DNA of 64,000 bases from Candidatus Zixiibacteriota bacterium. GTDB lineage: Bacteria > Zixibacteria > MSB-5A5 > UBA10806 > 4484-95. The notes under the pieces are model-generated. The model was not told where the DNA came from, made no database searches, and saw nothing but the letters and a program-made list of their open reading frames with translations. How positions within the stretch are numbered: the stretch's first letter is position 1; the number at the start of each line of letters is the position of its first letter. Positions 1-10,213 of this stretch are shown in pieces. A program made the position numbers and the translations under genes. Location: assembly GCA_037441845.1 (NCBI GenBank), contig JBBIRK010000005.1, forward strand, positions 96,001 through 160,000, read 5' to 3'.

Positions 1-673
1 TGGTTTGATTGGAAATTTGAAACAGGTTTCCCATCACGTCTGTCCCTTCCCCGTAAAATCCTCTAACCACCAAACCCACTTTGGAAATCCTCGCTATGAC
101 ATTATCGATCTCGCGGGTTAATACGAGACCGGGCAAATGAATCAAGATCGACGCCCGTAAACCGGTTCCGACATTCGTGGGGCAAGCGGTCAAATAACCG
201 AAACTGCCGTCGAATGCAAATTCCATGGCCGAACAAAGATTACGATCGACCCGGAACGCCTGCTCCCAACATTCGGTCATCGAAAGTCCGGGAGACAGCA
301 CCTGCAACCTGATGTGGTCTTCTTCATTTACCATCACGGACAGCCGGCCGTCATTATTGATATATAACCCTCTTCCTGATCCGTCCTTCATGAAGTCGGG
401 AGAAATCAGGTGCCGTTCGACCAAAAAACTTTGATCGATCGGGGTGATATCGGCGGAACGGTAGAAATCGCCCGATTCCAACAAGCCGGCGCGTTCAAAG
501 GCGGAATGAACGTATTCGACGATTCGATCCCGAGTGTCGGTATCGGCCGACGGTGGGAATTTGAATTCGGCGATATTGCGAGCCAGTCTAATCCTTGACG
601 ACAACACGATCATCGATTGCGGCCCCTCACCGCTCAACCATGATGCCGAACTCTGGACCATCCGCTCAAACAT
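1..673 (-). CDS. mcsB: Protein arginine kinase McsB (ATP:guanido phosphotransferase family), runs off the left edge
   Basis: Manual translation from ATG 673: MFERMVQSSASWLSGEGPQSMIVLSSRIRLARN..., later NEEDH and CPTNVGTGLRAS motifs; overlaps the mcsA stop. Absent from the ORF track because it is partial. Confidence 0.92.
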   Translation of the reverse strand, partial: MFERMVQSSASWLSGEGPQSMIVLSSRIRLARNIAEFKFPPSADTDTRDRIVEYVHSAFERAGLLESGDFYRSADITPIDQSFLVERHLISPDFMKDGSGRGLYINNDGRLSVMVNEEDHIRLQVLSPGLSMTECWEQAFRVDRNLCSAMEFAFDGSFGYLTACPTNVGTGLRASILIHLPGLVLTREIDNVIARISKVGLVVRGFYGEGTDVMGNLFQISNQT

Positions 674-1202
674 TGCTCTTTTCCCCTCGCTGTTTGGAAG
701 ATAGTTCTCTAATCCTGTCCCGCAACTTTGCGGCGGCTTCGAAATTCTCCTCCTCTATCGCTTTTTTAAGCTCGTCACGGAGCCTGAGTTCTTCTTTCAC
801 CGGCCGGATCGCCTCGGTAGGGGCGGTGGCTCTATGCCCCCGATGTTCGGCCGAACCATGTATTTTCCGAAGGATATCGGTCAGTTCCGTGCGGAAAGCG
901 TCGTAACAGGCGGCGCAACCCAATCTGCCTATCTTGCCGAACTCCGAGAATGTCAAGCCGCAGGAATTGCACCTTATTTCCTGCTTATCCGACTTGGCGC
1001 TTCTGCCGGCGCTTTTCGCCTTGCCCGGACCGAGCATTCCTGTCACGAATTCAGCCAATGGAAAAGGCATCTGTTCGAAAGGAGAATGGAATCCCCTTTT
1101 TTCGGCGCAAATCCTACAAAGATTCAGCACGACCTTTTCATTATTTATGATCTGGGTCAGATGAATATTCGCTTCACGCTTATTGCAATCCTGACAAAGC
1201 AT
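666..1202 (-). CDS. mcsA: McsA, Zn-finger/UVR-domain activator of McsB
   Basis: Four CxxC motifs (CQDC, CRIC, CNSC, CAAC) and C-terminal UVR motif EENFEAAAKLRDRI; start moved to MLCQDC (ATG 1202) behind GAGG. Confidence 0.92.
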   Translation of the reverse strand: MLCQDCNKREANIHLTQIINNEKVVLNLCRICAEKRGFHSPFEQMPFPLAEFVTGMLGPGKAKSAGRSAKSDKQEIRCNSCGLTFSEFGKIGRLGCAACYDAFRTELTDILRKIHGSAEHRGHRATAPTEAIRPVKEELRLRDELKKAIEEENFEAAAKLRDRIRELSSKQRGEKSNV

Positions 1203-1276
1203 CGTAACCTCTTTTATTAAATTAAACCGATTTTGCCCTATATCTGTTCCATCACCCAAATAGGCTTCGATACACT

Positions 1277-1993
1277 CTAATTACAAGCATCTTCAAAAAT
1301 TAATCCATTCTCTAAAACGAATTTCCTGCCGATACGGCCGGCCATTCGCTCGTTATGAGTAGCAACCAAGAACGTTTGCCCAAGTTCTTGATTAAGTTCA
1401 AAAAACAACGCCAGCAATTCCTCCGCCGTCCGGTTATCGAGGTTCCCAGTAGGTTCATCGGCATATACTATGCTCGGTTTATTAAATAATGCCCTGGCGA
1501 CCGCAACTCTTTGCGCCTCACCGCCGGACAGTTGATTCGGACGATGATCCGCCCTGGCTGAAACACCCACCCTTTCCAATAAATGATACGCTCTTTCTTT
1601 CAATTTTCCCTTTTTGCCACCCGCAATCAAGCCCGGCATCATGACATTTTCCAATGCTGTAAATTCGGGCAGAAGATTATGGAACTGATAAACAAAACCC
1701 ACGCGTAAGTTGCGGAAATCGGCCAAAGCCTTGTGGTTCATCGCCTTAATGTCCACCCCATCGTATTCGATCTTGCCCGAATCGGGCCGGTCGAGCGTCG
1801 CCAAAATATGTAATAATGTCGATTTCCCCGTGCCGGATGCGCCCCGGATCACCGCCATCTCGGCCTGTTTCAATTTTATTGTCGCCCCCTTCAGCACCTG
1901 AAGCGTCTCATTGCCCGACAAATATGTTTTGAATATCGATTCGGCGTTTAGAATAAGGCGCTGACCCGGCGGCGTTCGGGAATGATCATTCAT
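1277..1993 (-). CDS. lolD: Lipoprotein-releasing ABC transporter ATPase
   Basis: Walker A GASGTGKST, GFVYQFHNLL, LSGGE, ADEPTGNLD; follows lolC/E. Start uncertain (1993 or 2008). Confidence 0.9.
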   Translation of the reverse strand: MNDHSRTPPGQRLILNAESIFKTYLSGNETLQVLKGATIKLKQAEMAVIRGASGTGKSTLLHILATLDRPDSGKIEYDGVDIKAMNHKALADFRNLRVGFVYQFHNLLPEFTALENVMMPGLIAGGKKGKLKERAYHLLERVGVSARADHRPNQLSGGEAQRVAVARALFNKPSIVYADEPTGNLDNRTAEELLALFFELNQELGQTFLVATHNERMAGRIGRKFVLENGLIFEDACN

Positions 1994-3215
1994 AGCGGAT
2001 AGCCTCAACCGGATTCAGGCTCGATGCCCTCGTGGCTGGATAGATAGTGGCCAACCATGATAACAAGAAAGCCGCCGAACCGACCGATATAAAATCAAAT
2101 GTCTCCATTTTGACCGGCAATGCGCTGATAAAATAATATTCCGCCGGCAAGGTAATGATATGGAACGATTGCTGGCAAAGACAAAGTAGATATCCCAGCA
2201 AGCAGCCGAGCGTTCCCCCGAACAGACCCACGGTTACTCCTTGAATCATGAATATCCTTCTGATACGATTTCCGGTCAAGCCGAGCGACATAAGAATTCC
2301 TATGTCTTTTTTCTTTTCGAGAACGACCATGATCAAGGAAGAGATAATGTTGAAAGCGGCCACGGCGATTATCAGGGACAAAATTATGAAGCTGGCCCAT
2401 TTTTCGAGAGTCATCCAGGAAAATAGATTCTTGTTCAAGGCCTTCCAATCGGTAGAATAATACTTGAAACCGATCACTTCGTCGATCGCCCCGGCTATTC
2501 GATCCGCGTTGTTGTAATCGTTTGTTTTCACGGCGATATCGGAAATTCGGTTTTCGATATTAAATAGCGACTGCGCCGCCTCGAGTGGTATATAAACCAG
2601 ATTCGCGTCATATTCGTACATTCCGGTTTCGAAAATTCCGGTCACCTGGCAAGACAATGCTTTAGGGACGATTCCGCCGATTCCGCCGACGGCATCCCTC
2701 AATGAAAACAGTTTGACTTTATCGTAAAGACCCGCCCCCAATCTATCGGCAAGATTCACGCCGAGCCAAATGCCGGCCAGGCTGGAATCATTGGTTTCGA
2801 ATGTCATTTTCTTGGTCAAGAGATATTTGTCGATTCTGCTAACCTTTGCTTCAAGCTCTGGGACTATCCCCCGTACCAAAACGCCGTCCGACTCGGTTCG
2901 ACTGGCAATCGCCGATTTGCTCTGCACCAACGGCGACAAGGCTATCACTCCGGGAACGCTTCTTATCTTTTCCGCGAGCATTTCCCAATCGTCTATTCCT
3001 TCACCGGCGACATTGCTTATGATTATATCCGAGCCCGTTCCCAGAATCCTGGAGCGGATCTCCGATTCAAAACCATTCATGACCGAAAGCACGATAACCA
3101 ACGCCGCCGTGCCGATAATAATCCCCATGATCGAGATCAGGGTTATCACCGATACGAAAGCATAGCGGTGCCGCGAGCTCATGTATCGCCTGGCGATATC
3201 GAATTCGAGAGACAC
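1986..3215 (-). CDS. lolE: Lipoprotein-releasing ABC permease LolC/E
   Basis: VLSVMNGFE, AAFNIISSL..V.EKKKDIGIL, YPA.RAS.LNPVEAIRYE motifs. Confidence 0.9.
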   Translation of the reverse strand: MSLEFDIARRYMSSRHRYAFVSVITLISIMGIIIGTAALVIVLSVMNGFESEIRSRILGTGSDIIISNVAGEGIDDWEMLAEKIRSVPGVIALSPLVQSKSAIASRTESDGVLVRGIVPELEAKVSRIDKYLLTKKMTFETNDSSLAGIWLGVNLADRLGAGLYDKVKLFSLRDAVGGIGGIVPKALSCQVTGIFETGMYEYDANLVYIPLEAAQSLFNIENRISDIAVKTNDYNNADRIAGAIDEVIGFKYYSTDWKALNKNLFSWMTLEKWASFIILSLIIAVAAFNIISSLIMVVLEKKKDIGILMSLGLTGNRIRRIFMIQGVTVGLFGGTLGCLLGYLLCLCQQSFHIITLPAEYYFISALPVKMETFDFISVGSAAFLLSWLATIYPATRASSLNPVEAIRYE

Positions 3216-3221
3216 CGAGGA

Positions 3222-4682
3222 TCAACTTTCGGGTTTCATGGTTGGGAAAAGAATAACGTCCCTTATCGAGGGAGAATCGGTGAGCAGCATGACTAATCTA
3301 TCGACACCCAAACCGTAGCCGGCGGTCGGGGGCATCCCGTGTTCGAGCGCATTGATAAAGTCCCAGTCGACCGGAGCGGCTTCGGCATGTCCTCTATCGA
3401 TCAGCGCCGCGTGCTCCTCCATTCTTTTTTTCTGGTCGTGCGGATCGTTTTGCTCCGAAAAAGCGTTGCCGAATTCGAACCCGGCAATAAAAAGCTCGAA
3501 TCTTTCGGCCAGCCGTTTGTCTTGCCGATGCACTTTTGCCAAAGGTGAAAGTTCAATCGGGAAATCCATCAAGAATGTGGGTTGGATCAAAGTCGGCTCT
3601 ACATACTTATCAAAGAAGGCATCGAAATAATCCCCTCTTCCTTTAAGGCCGGTGGTATCCAGGCCGAGTTTCCGAGCCAGACTTTCAAGCTCGGCTTCGC
3701 TCAAATCGATAATGTCGTATCCGCAGTTCTCTTTTATGGCGCCGAAATAAGTCAGCCGGTTGAAAGGTTTCGATAAATCTATCGTATGCGTTCCGAACTG
3801 CAATACCTGCGTTCCGCTTACAACCATCGATACCTGACGGAACATCTCTTCGAGAAACGGCATCAAATCGGTATAGTCGGCGTAGGCCCAGTAAAACTCG
3901 AGCATGGTGAATTCCGGATTGTGCAGTCGATCCATCCCCTCATTGCGAAAATCTTTCGCCAGTTCATATACCTTTTCGAAACCGCCGATGATAAGCCGTT
4001 TGAGATAAAGCTCGTCGGCGATCCGCAAATAGAGATCGATATCCAGAGCGTTGTGGTGGGTTATGAAAGGCCGCGCGGCGGCTCCGCCATAGAGCGGTTG
4101 TAAGGCGGGCGTTTCCACCTCGATAAACCCCCTGTCATCAAGGAAACGCCGCAATTCCCTGATCACCGCCGCCCTGCGGATAAAATTGTTTTTAACCTCC
4201 GGTGTGGCGATTAAATCGAGATATCGTTGCCTATAACGTAATTCCTTATCTTGAAGTCCGTGCCATTTCTCGGGCAGCGGCCGCAATGATTTTGCCAGCA
4301 TCTCCGACCGCACGGCCCTGATAGTAATTTCCCCCATCCGGGTACGGAAAACCGTACCTTCGACTCCGATGAAGTCGCCGATATCGATAAGTTCGAAAAA
4401 GAGCCAGCGTTCCCCCAGATCATCTTGCCGGGCGTATATCTGTATTCTTCCTGATGAATCTTCGATCGTGGCGAACAGGGTCTTGCCGTGGCTTCTGATA
4501 CTTATTATCCTTCCCGCAACCCTTACCGTGGTTTCCGATGACGCGAGCCTATCGAAATCCGCGATGATCTCGACGGCGCTATGGCTCTTTTCGTATCGAT
4601 ATGGATAAGGATTGATACCGATATTTCTGAGCCGTTCCAGTTTTTCCAACCTGTATTTTACGAGCTCGTTTATATTTTCCAA
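3222..4682 (-). CDS. lysS: Lysine--tRNA ligase (class II)
   Basis: RYRQRYLDL, YGGAAARPF, FRNEG..HNPEFTMLEFY, GMPPTAG.G.GVDRL; TTG start with GGAGG RBS. Confidence 0.98.
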   Translation of the reverse strand: MENINELVKYRLEKLERLRNIGINPYPYRYEKSHSAVEIIADFDRLASSETTVRVAGRIISIRSHGKTLFATIEDSSGRIQIYARQDDLGERWLFFELIDIGDFIGVEGTVFRTRMGEITIRAVRSEMLAKSLRPLPEKWHGLQDKELRYRQRYLDLIATPEVKNNFIRRAAVIRELRRFLDDRGFIEVETPALQPLYGGAAARPFITHHNALDIDLYLRIADELYLKRLIIGGFEKVYELAKDFRNEGMDRLHNPEFTMLEFYWAYADYTDLMPFLEEMFRQVSMVVSGTQVLQFGTHTIDLSKPFNRLTYFGAIKENCGYDIIDLSEAELESLARKLGLDTTGLKGRGDYFDAFFDKYVEPTLIQPTFLMDFPIELSPLAKVHRQDKRLAERFELFIAGFEFGNAFSEQNDPHDQKKRMEEHAALIDRGHAEAAPVDWDFINALEHGMPPTAGYGLGVDRLVMLLTDSPSIRDVILFPTMKPES

Positions 4683-4706
4683 TATTCCTCCAATTCTAAC
4701 GGGGCG

Positions 4707-4735
4707 ATTTTAGCATATTCCGATGGTTTAGTCAA
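4707..4735 (-). promoter_or_regulatory. Sigma70-type promoter for the lysS operon
   Basis: TTGACT-N17-TAAAAT with extended TG on the - strand, 25 nt upstream of the lysS start. Confidence 0.7.
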
Positions 4736-4857
4736 CATAAGCGTTTGCCATCGGTTGCAGAGAAAAAAATATGAAATTTTATATCAGCATTCGTGGTGAC
4801 AATGCATTTAGCAACGGCGTAGCTGTCTTCGAATCGCAAAATCGAGCGGACAGGACT

Positions 4858-4980
4858 TTAATCGGAACGGTTATCCTTTTTCACGGGATGAAATACCTTC
4901 CAGAAGCAGAAGACCACAAGCGCGGTCACCAGTCCCCAGGCCGTTGCAATGAATATTTTTCCCGCCAACGTAAATTCCAT
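4858..4980 (-). CDS. 40-aa single-TM protein, probable small subunit of the NSS transporter (MetS-like)
   Basis: ATG 3 nt after the NSS stop: MEFTLAGKIFIATAWGLVTALVVFCFWKVFHPVKKDNRSD*; below the ORF-track cutoff. Confidence 0.7.
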   Translation of the reverse strand: MEFTLAGKIFIATAWGLVTALVVFCFWKVFHPVKKDNRSD

Positions 4981-4983
4981 GGT

Positions 4984-6552
4984 CTATCCCCGAATTTCCG
5001 CACTGTTCGATTTCCGTTTCCAGGCGAATCTGACGAGTAAAAGCAATATCACCAGCAAAACCGCCATCAGCAGTCTTGCTCCCCAACGATACGGCAGATC
5101 GGCCTCGCTCATGTTTTTCATGAGCAAAATGGGAACGGCGTCACGAACTATCCAATTGATGAAAATGAATAATAGGTAGGCCGGCGTGACATATTTGATT
5201 ATGTAATAAAATATCTTCGGTATTCGGATCTCTGCGCCGCGGGTTATTTCTTCCCAACCTTTTTTCATACCGAAAATCCAGGCGAAAATTATCACCTCGA
5301 ACAGCGCCAGGAACGCCAGACCGAAAGTGCCGGCCCAGTAATCCATCTCGTCGAGGAATCCGTGTGCCAGGAAAAAGACCACGAATTGCACGCAAATAAT
5401 CGTTCCCAAACCGATTACGGCGGTGGCTTTTCCGTGACTCAAGTTCAATTCATCTTTAAGAAAGGAAATGAGCGGCTGGGCAAGCGCGACCGATGAAGTG
5501 ATTCCGGCGAAAAAGAGAAGCAAAAACCAGAGGAAACCGAAAAATTCACCCAGATGGATTTTCTGAAAAATAATCGACATCGAAACGAAACCGAGGTTGA
5601 AGGCGCCGCCGGCGGCGATCTGCTGAGTCATCGTTATACCGAAAAAAGCGACTGCGATCGGAATCGCGATGCCACCTCCGAAAATAATTTCCACGAACTC
5701 GTTGATGGATGCGGTGGACAATCCGCCGAGGGCGATATCGTCGTTTTCTTTGACATAGCTTGCGTATGCCTGGATACAGCCGAGCCCGAGACTCAACGTA
5801 AAAAATATCTGTCCGGCGGCAGCCAGCCAAACGGAGGCGCTCGAGAGTCGGCTGAAATCCGGATTCCATAAAAAGGCGAAACCGCTTTTCACATTCCAGT
5901 CGGGATGGTTGACCGAATCCGGCGTTCCTATCGTAAACACTCTGATAAGCAATATCATGGCGAAAACGATCAGAAGCGGCATAGCGATTTTGGCGAGGGT
6001 TTCGATACCTTTAGAGATGCCGCGGTATAACACCCAGATATTAAGGCCGATTGTCAGCAACAAGAAAATGTAAGCCGGCAGAATACTCGAGAAATAACCC
6101 TTCTCGATACCCTGATAGCTTGCCAGAAAATTCCCCATCGAGGAAAAGGTGGTCTCCCCGAAATATGCCTTGGTCAGCGAAAAAAAGCTGAATCCGAGCG
6201 TCCACGATTCTATATAGGTGTAATAAATCAGGATGACGCTCGAAATGAAAAGACCGGCCGCGCCAATGTATTTGGCCGCCGGATTTTTCCACATAGCATC
6301 GAACATACCGGGAACGCTGCCATGACCGAGTTTTCCGCCGTATCTTCCCATACCCCATTCGAGCCACATCATCGGCAGACCGAGGAAGAAAAACGCCACT
6401 ACGTATGGGATCATGAAGGCGCCGCCGCCGTTCTGCGCGGCTTGGACCGGGAATCGCAACAGGTTTCCCAGACCGACGGCATTTCCGGCCGCCGCGAGGA
6501 TAAGTCCCAGCCTTGTAGCCCAAAGCTCTCGCATTTTTTTCGGATTGGTCAT
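4984..6552 (-). CDS. Sodium-dependent transporter, NSS/SNF (LeuT-like) family
   Basis: AGNAVGLGNLLRFP, NGGGAFMIPY, GQIFFTLSLG, FFAGITSS motifs; about 12 TM segments. Confidence 0.95.
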   Translation of the reverse strand: MTNPKKMRELWATRLGLILAAAGNAVGLGNLLRFPVQAAQNGGGAFMIPYVVAFFFLGLPMMWLEWGMGRYGGKLGHGSVPGMFDAMWKNPAAKYIGAAGLFISSVILIYYTYIESWTLGFSFFSLTKAYFGETTFSSMGNFLASYQGIEKGYFSSILPAYIFLLLTIGLNIWVLYRGISKGIETLAKIAMPLLIVFAMILLIRVFTIGTPDSVNHPDWNVKSGFAFLWNPDFSRLSSASVWLAAAGQIFFTLSLGLGCIQAYASYVKENDDIALGGLSTASINEFVEIIFGGGIAIPIAVAFFGITMTQQIAAGGAFNLGFVSMSIIFQKIHLGEFFGFLWFLLLFFAGITSSVALAQPLISFLKDELNLSHGKATAVIGLGTIICVQFVVFFLAHGFLDEMDYWAGTFGLAFLALFEVIIFAWIFGMKKGWEEITRGAEIRIPKIFYYIIKYVTPAYLLFIFINWIVRDAVPILLMKNMSEADLPYRWGARLLMAVLLVILLLLVRFAWKRKSNSAEIRG

Positions 6553-6616
6553 ACGAATTTCCGCTTAATGTTCTAATATTCGGCCACCAAGTGTCCGCCC
6601 GATGAGTCACAGGAAA

Positions 6617-6648
6617 CTGTCCCGGAGACGATCGGTCTCCGGGAACAG
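6617..6648 (-). terminator. GC-rich hairpin after hppA (terminator or stabiliser)
   Basis: CCCGGAGAC-5nt-GTCTCCGGG stem extended by CTGT/ACAG; only a short U tail. Confidence 0.5.
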
Positions 6649-6672
6649 CTTAACTCTTGTCGAACGCACAAT

Positions 6673-8667
6673 TTACATGAAAAGGGGGGCAAGCACCAGC
6701 GAAACGATCGCCATCAACTTGATAAGAATGTTCATCGATGGTCCGGATGTATCCTTGAAAGGATCACCTACCGTATCGCCGACGACCGCCGCCTTATGAG
6801 GAGCCGATCCTTTGCCGCCATGAGCGCCAGCCTCGATATACTTTTTGGCGTTATCCCATGCACCACCCGCATTGGCCATCATCAAAGCCAACATGACTCC
6901 CGCAAGAGTCGCCCCTGCAAGCAGCCCGCCCAGAGCCTCTTTGCCGAGCGTCAACCCGACAATGACCGGAGCACAAACGGCAAGCAGTCCGGGAACAATC
7001 ATCTGCTTGATTGCTGAGGTGGCGGCGATCGCCACACAGCGCTCGGAATCGGCTTTCGCTTTGCCTTCCATCAGTCCCTTTATTTCTTTGAATTGACGGC
7101 GAACCTCAATGACCATAGAGAAAGCTGCTTTTCCGACTGCGGTCATGGTAAGCGCTGCTATCAAAAACGGAATAAATCCTCCGATGAAAAGCCCGATTAC
7201 CGCTTTGGAGCTGACCAGATTGATCCCTTCTTCATGAAGTCCTACCGCTGAGGCATAAGCCGAAAACAACGCAAGAGCAGTCAACGCGGCCGAACCGATC
7301 GCGAACCCTTTCCCTATCGCCGCGGTGGTATTTCCCAGCGAATCGAGTTTGTCGGTTATCTTGCGGACATCATGCCCGAGACCGGACATTTCTGAAATGC
7401 CGCCTGCGTTATCGGCGACCGGACCGTAGGCATCGACCGACATGGTTACCCCGATAGTCGCCAGCATCCCAACCGCCGAGATACCGATACCGTAAAGCCC
7501 GGCGAATTTATTCCCGATAAAGACGGCTATGCAGAGCACAATCACGGGCAGGGCAACGGATTCCATACCGACTGCCAGACCGGTAATCAGATTGGTGGCC
7601 GGACCCGTCTCGGATGCCTTGGCGATATTTCTTATCGGCTTTGCCGAAGTATAATATTCAGTCAACAGCCCGAGCGTGATTCCAGAAAGGGAACCGGCAA
7701 CGATGGCCCAGAATACACCGATTGCCACTCCAAGTCGTTGGCAGAGCCAATATGTCGCAACCATCATCAAAATGGCCGCCACATAAGTGACGATTCTCAA
7801 TGTGGCCGCAGGATTCAATGACGAAAATACTCTTACGGAGATGATACCTATAATAGAAGCAACGGCTCCCACCGCGGCGATCAAGAGCGGCAGGGCGATA
7901 TAGCCGATCATCGACTGGCCCTGGCTCATCACCAGAGATGTTCCGAGAACAATCGAGGCGACTATCGAACCGACATACGATTCGAACAAGTCGGCGCCCA
8001 TACCGGCGACATCACCGACGTTGTCACCCACGTTATCGGCTATAACCGCCGGATTGCGCGGATCGTCCTCGGGAATGCCCGCCTCGACTTTACCGACAAG
8101 GTCGGCGCCCACATCGGCCGATTTCGTATATATCCCGCCGCCGACTCTCGCGAAAAGAGCGATTGACGACGCACCCATCGAAAAACCGGTCAGCACCTGC
8201 AACGCCCCCGGATTGTTCGGATCGAAAAATATCTGATAAAGCACTCCAACTCCAACCAAGCCGAGAGAGGCTACGCTCATCCCCATAACCGATCCGCCGG
8301 TGAAAGCGATTTCGAGCGCTTTGGCCTGACCATGCGCCCGGGCGGCCTCGGTAGTGCGGACATTGGCACGGGTGGCGGCATTCATACCGAAATAACCGGC
8401 AAGCATGGAACAGGCGCCGCCGAACAGAAACGCCAAGCCGGTATTAAGTCCTATTTTCCAGGTGAGTAAAAGAAACACGACGCACAGAAACGGAATCAAT
8501 ATAGAGTATTCCCGCTTCAGGAAAACCATCGCCCCCCGATGGATCGTTTCGGAAAGCTCTGTCATTTTTTCCGAACCGGAAGGCTGCCTTTTTATTACAA
8601 AGTAGAGGATTCCGGCAAAAATTATTCCCGCGATTCCCAGCAAGACCGCTATTAACCCGTTGCTCAT
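6673..8667 (-). CDS. hppA: Membrane pyrophosphatase, K+-dependent, probably Na+-translocating
   Basis: [42 protein letters not shown] (Ala, K+-dependent type); GADLFESY Glu position typical of Na+-PPases. Confidence 0.95.
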   Translation of the reverse strand: MSNGLIAVLLGIAGIIFAGILYFVIKRQPSGSEKMTELSETIHRGAMVFLKREYSILIPFLCVVFLLLTWKIGLNTGLAFLFGGACSMLAGYFGMNAATRANVRTTEAARAHGQAKALEIAFTGGSVMGMSVASLGLVGVGVLYQIFFDPNNPGALQVLTGFSMGASSIALFARVGGGIYTKSADVGADLVGKVEAGIPEDDPRNPAVIADNVGDNVGDVAGMGADLFESYVGSIVASIVLGTSLVMSQGQSMIGYIALPLLIAAVGAVASIIGIISVRVFSSLNPAATLRIVTYVAAILMMVATYWLCQRLGVAIGVFWAIVAGSLSGITLGLLTEYYTSAKPIRNIAKASETGPATNLITGLAVGMESVALPVIVLCIAVFIGNKFAGLYGIGISAVGMLATIGVTMSVDAYGPVADNAGGISEMSGLGHDVRKITDKLDSLGNTTAAIGKGFAIGSAALTALALFSAYASAVGLHEEGINLVSSKAVIGLFIGGFIPFLIAALTMTAVGKAAFSMVIEVRRQFKEIKGLMEGKAKADSERCVAIAATSAIKQMIVPGLLAVCAPVIVGLTLGKEALGGLLAGATLAGVMLALMMANAGGAWDNAKKYIEAGAHGGKGSAPHKAAVVGDTVGDPFKDTSGPSMNILIKLMAIVSLVLAPLFM

Positions 8668-8723
8668 CAAATCTCCTTTCTTACTTGTCGATTTTCGCTA
8701 CATTTTTGCCAAATCATTTGCCA

Positions 8724-8751
8724 ATTTTAATAATTTGCCCGTATTAGTCAA
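8724..8751 (-). promoter_or_regulatory. Sigma70-type promoter for hppA
   Basis: TTGACT-N16-TAAAAT on the - strand. Confidence 0.6.
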
Positions 8752-8801
8752 GCGAATTATCCTTTGACTGATAGTCTAACCGGAATCGATCCCCGAACAT
8801 T

Positions 8802-9536
8802 TCATCGCAGCACTTTTCTTAAAAATTCGGCGGTTCTCGGATGCCTGGCGTCACCCAGCACATCGGAAGTGGCGCCGGCCTCCACGATCCTACCCGCATC
8901 CATAAAAATCGCCCTGTCCGAAACTTCTCTGGCAAATCCTATTTCATGAGTAACGATCACCATAGTCATGCCTTCGCCGGCAAGTTTTCTCATCACGGCC
9001 AAGACTTCGCCGGTCATTTCCGGATCCAGAGCGGAAGTCGGTTCATCGAACAGCATTATTTTCGGCTTTAAGCACAATGCCCGGGCGATCGCGGTCCGTT
9101 GTTTCTCGCCGCCGGACAGCTGACTCGGATATGATTTCGACTTGTTCTGTAAGCCTACCTTTTCGAGATAACGGCCGGCGATTTTTTCGGCCTCGGATTT
9201 TGTGAGTCGATTAACCACTCTGGGGGCCAGCATCAGATTCTCGAGTACATTCAGGTGAATAAAAAGCTCGAATTGCTGAAATACCATTCCCACATGGAGC
9301 CGGACCCGGTGAGCGTTTTTCGCGGAACCATCGATAGGGTCTCCGGCGATAACGATAGAACCGGAATCGATCGGTTCCAGGGCGTTAAGGCATCGAAGCA
9401 AAGTCGATTTGCCTGAGCCGGACGGGCCGATGATCACCAGAACCTCCCCGGGTTCCACGGAAAACGATATGTTTTCGAGCGCCGGATGATCGCCGAATCT
9501 TTTCGAGACGTTGCTGACTTCGATGATTGCCGGCAT
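8802..9536 (-). CDS. Polar amino-acid ABC transporter ATPase (GlnQ-like)
   Basis: [42 protein letters not shown]. Confidence 0.95.
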   Translation of the reverse strand: MPAIIEVSNVSKRFGDHPALENISFSVEPGEVLVIIGPSGSGKSTLLRCLNALEPIDSGSIVIAGDPIDGSAKNAHRVRLHVGMVFQQFELFIHLNVLENLMLAPRVVNRLTKSEAEKIAGRYLEKVGLQNKSKSYPSQLSGGEKQRTAIARALCLKPKIMLFDEPTSALDPEMTGEVLAVMRKLAGEGMTMVIVTHEIGFAREVSDRAIFMDAGRIVEAGATSDVLGDARHPRTAEFLRKVLR

Positions 9537-10210
9537 CAATGAATTCCCAGCCCCGGGATTCGGTATTTATTTTCCAGAACGGAGGCAGCTTTCGTCAGCG
9601 ATAAGGTTATGCTCAGATAAATCAGACCCACCAAGAACCAGGTATGAAAATCGATAAAATGTTGGGAATAGTATTCCGTTCCTGCGCGTGTCAGCTCGCG
9701 CAATCCGATAATCGAGACCAGCGATGAATCTTTCAGGCAGGCGATAAACTCGTTAGCCAAGGGCGGTATTATCAGCCGGAAAGCTTGAGGCAAAAGGATA
9801 TACCGCCACGATTGCAATCGACTCATACCCAAAGACAAGGCGGCTTCGGTCTGCCCTTTGGGTATCGCCTGTATTCCGGCTCGGACGATTTCCGAAATGT
9901 AGGCGCCGTAGCATATACCTATAGCCAGCACGCCCGCCAGCAGACGGTCGAGATTCAGCAATTTGCCCAGCCCGAAATAAATGAAAAAGATTTGAACCAA
10001 TAAGGGAATGCCCCTCACCACATTGATATATATTTTCGCTGGAATATTTACGTATTTCAATCGGGAAATCCTGCCCGACGCCCCGACGGTCCCAAGAACG
10101 ATCGCCAGGGCGAAACTGAGCAAGGTAATCTTGACGGTCGCGGGAACGGCTGGGAGCAGAAACATCAAAATCCGTATCATAATATCAGTTTGATTCAACA
10201 ATTCCGACAT
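9536..10210 (-). CDS. Polar amino-acid ABC transporter permease
   Basis: [11 protein letters not shown] loop [21 protein letters not shown]. Confidence 0.95.
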   Translation of the reverse strand: MSELLNQTDIMIRILMFLLPAVPATVKITLLSFALAIVLGTVGASGRISRLKYVNIPAKIYINVVRGIPLLVQIFFIYFGLGKLLNLDRLLAGVLAIGICYGAYISEIVRAGIQAIPKGQTEAALSLGMSRLQSWRYILLPQAFRLIIPPLANEFIACLKDSSLVSIIGLRELTRAGTEYYSQHFIDFHTWFLVGLIYLSITLSLTKAASVLENKYRIPGLGIH

Positions 10211-10213
10211 CGA

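Noticed and set aside
4871..5086. 71-aa ORF-track call downstream of the NSS transporter
   Set aside because: Overlaps the transporter by about 100 nt and looks unstructured; the 40-aa ORF in another frame fits better.
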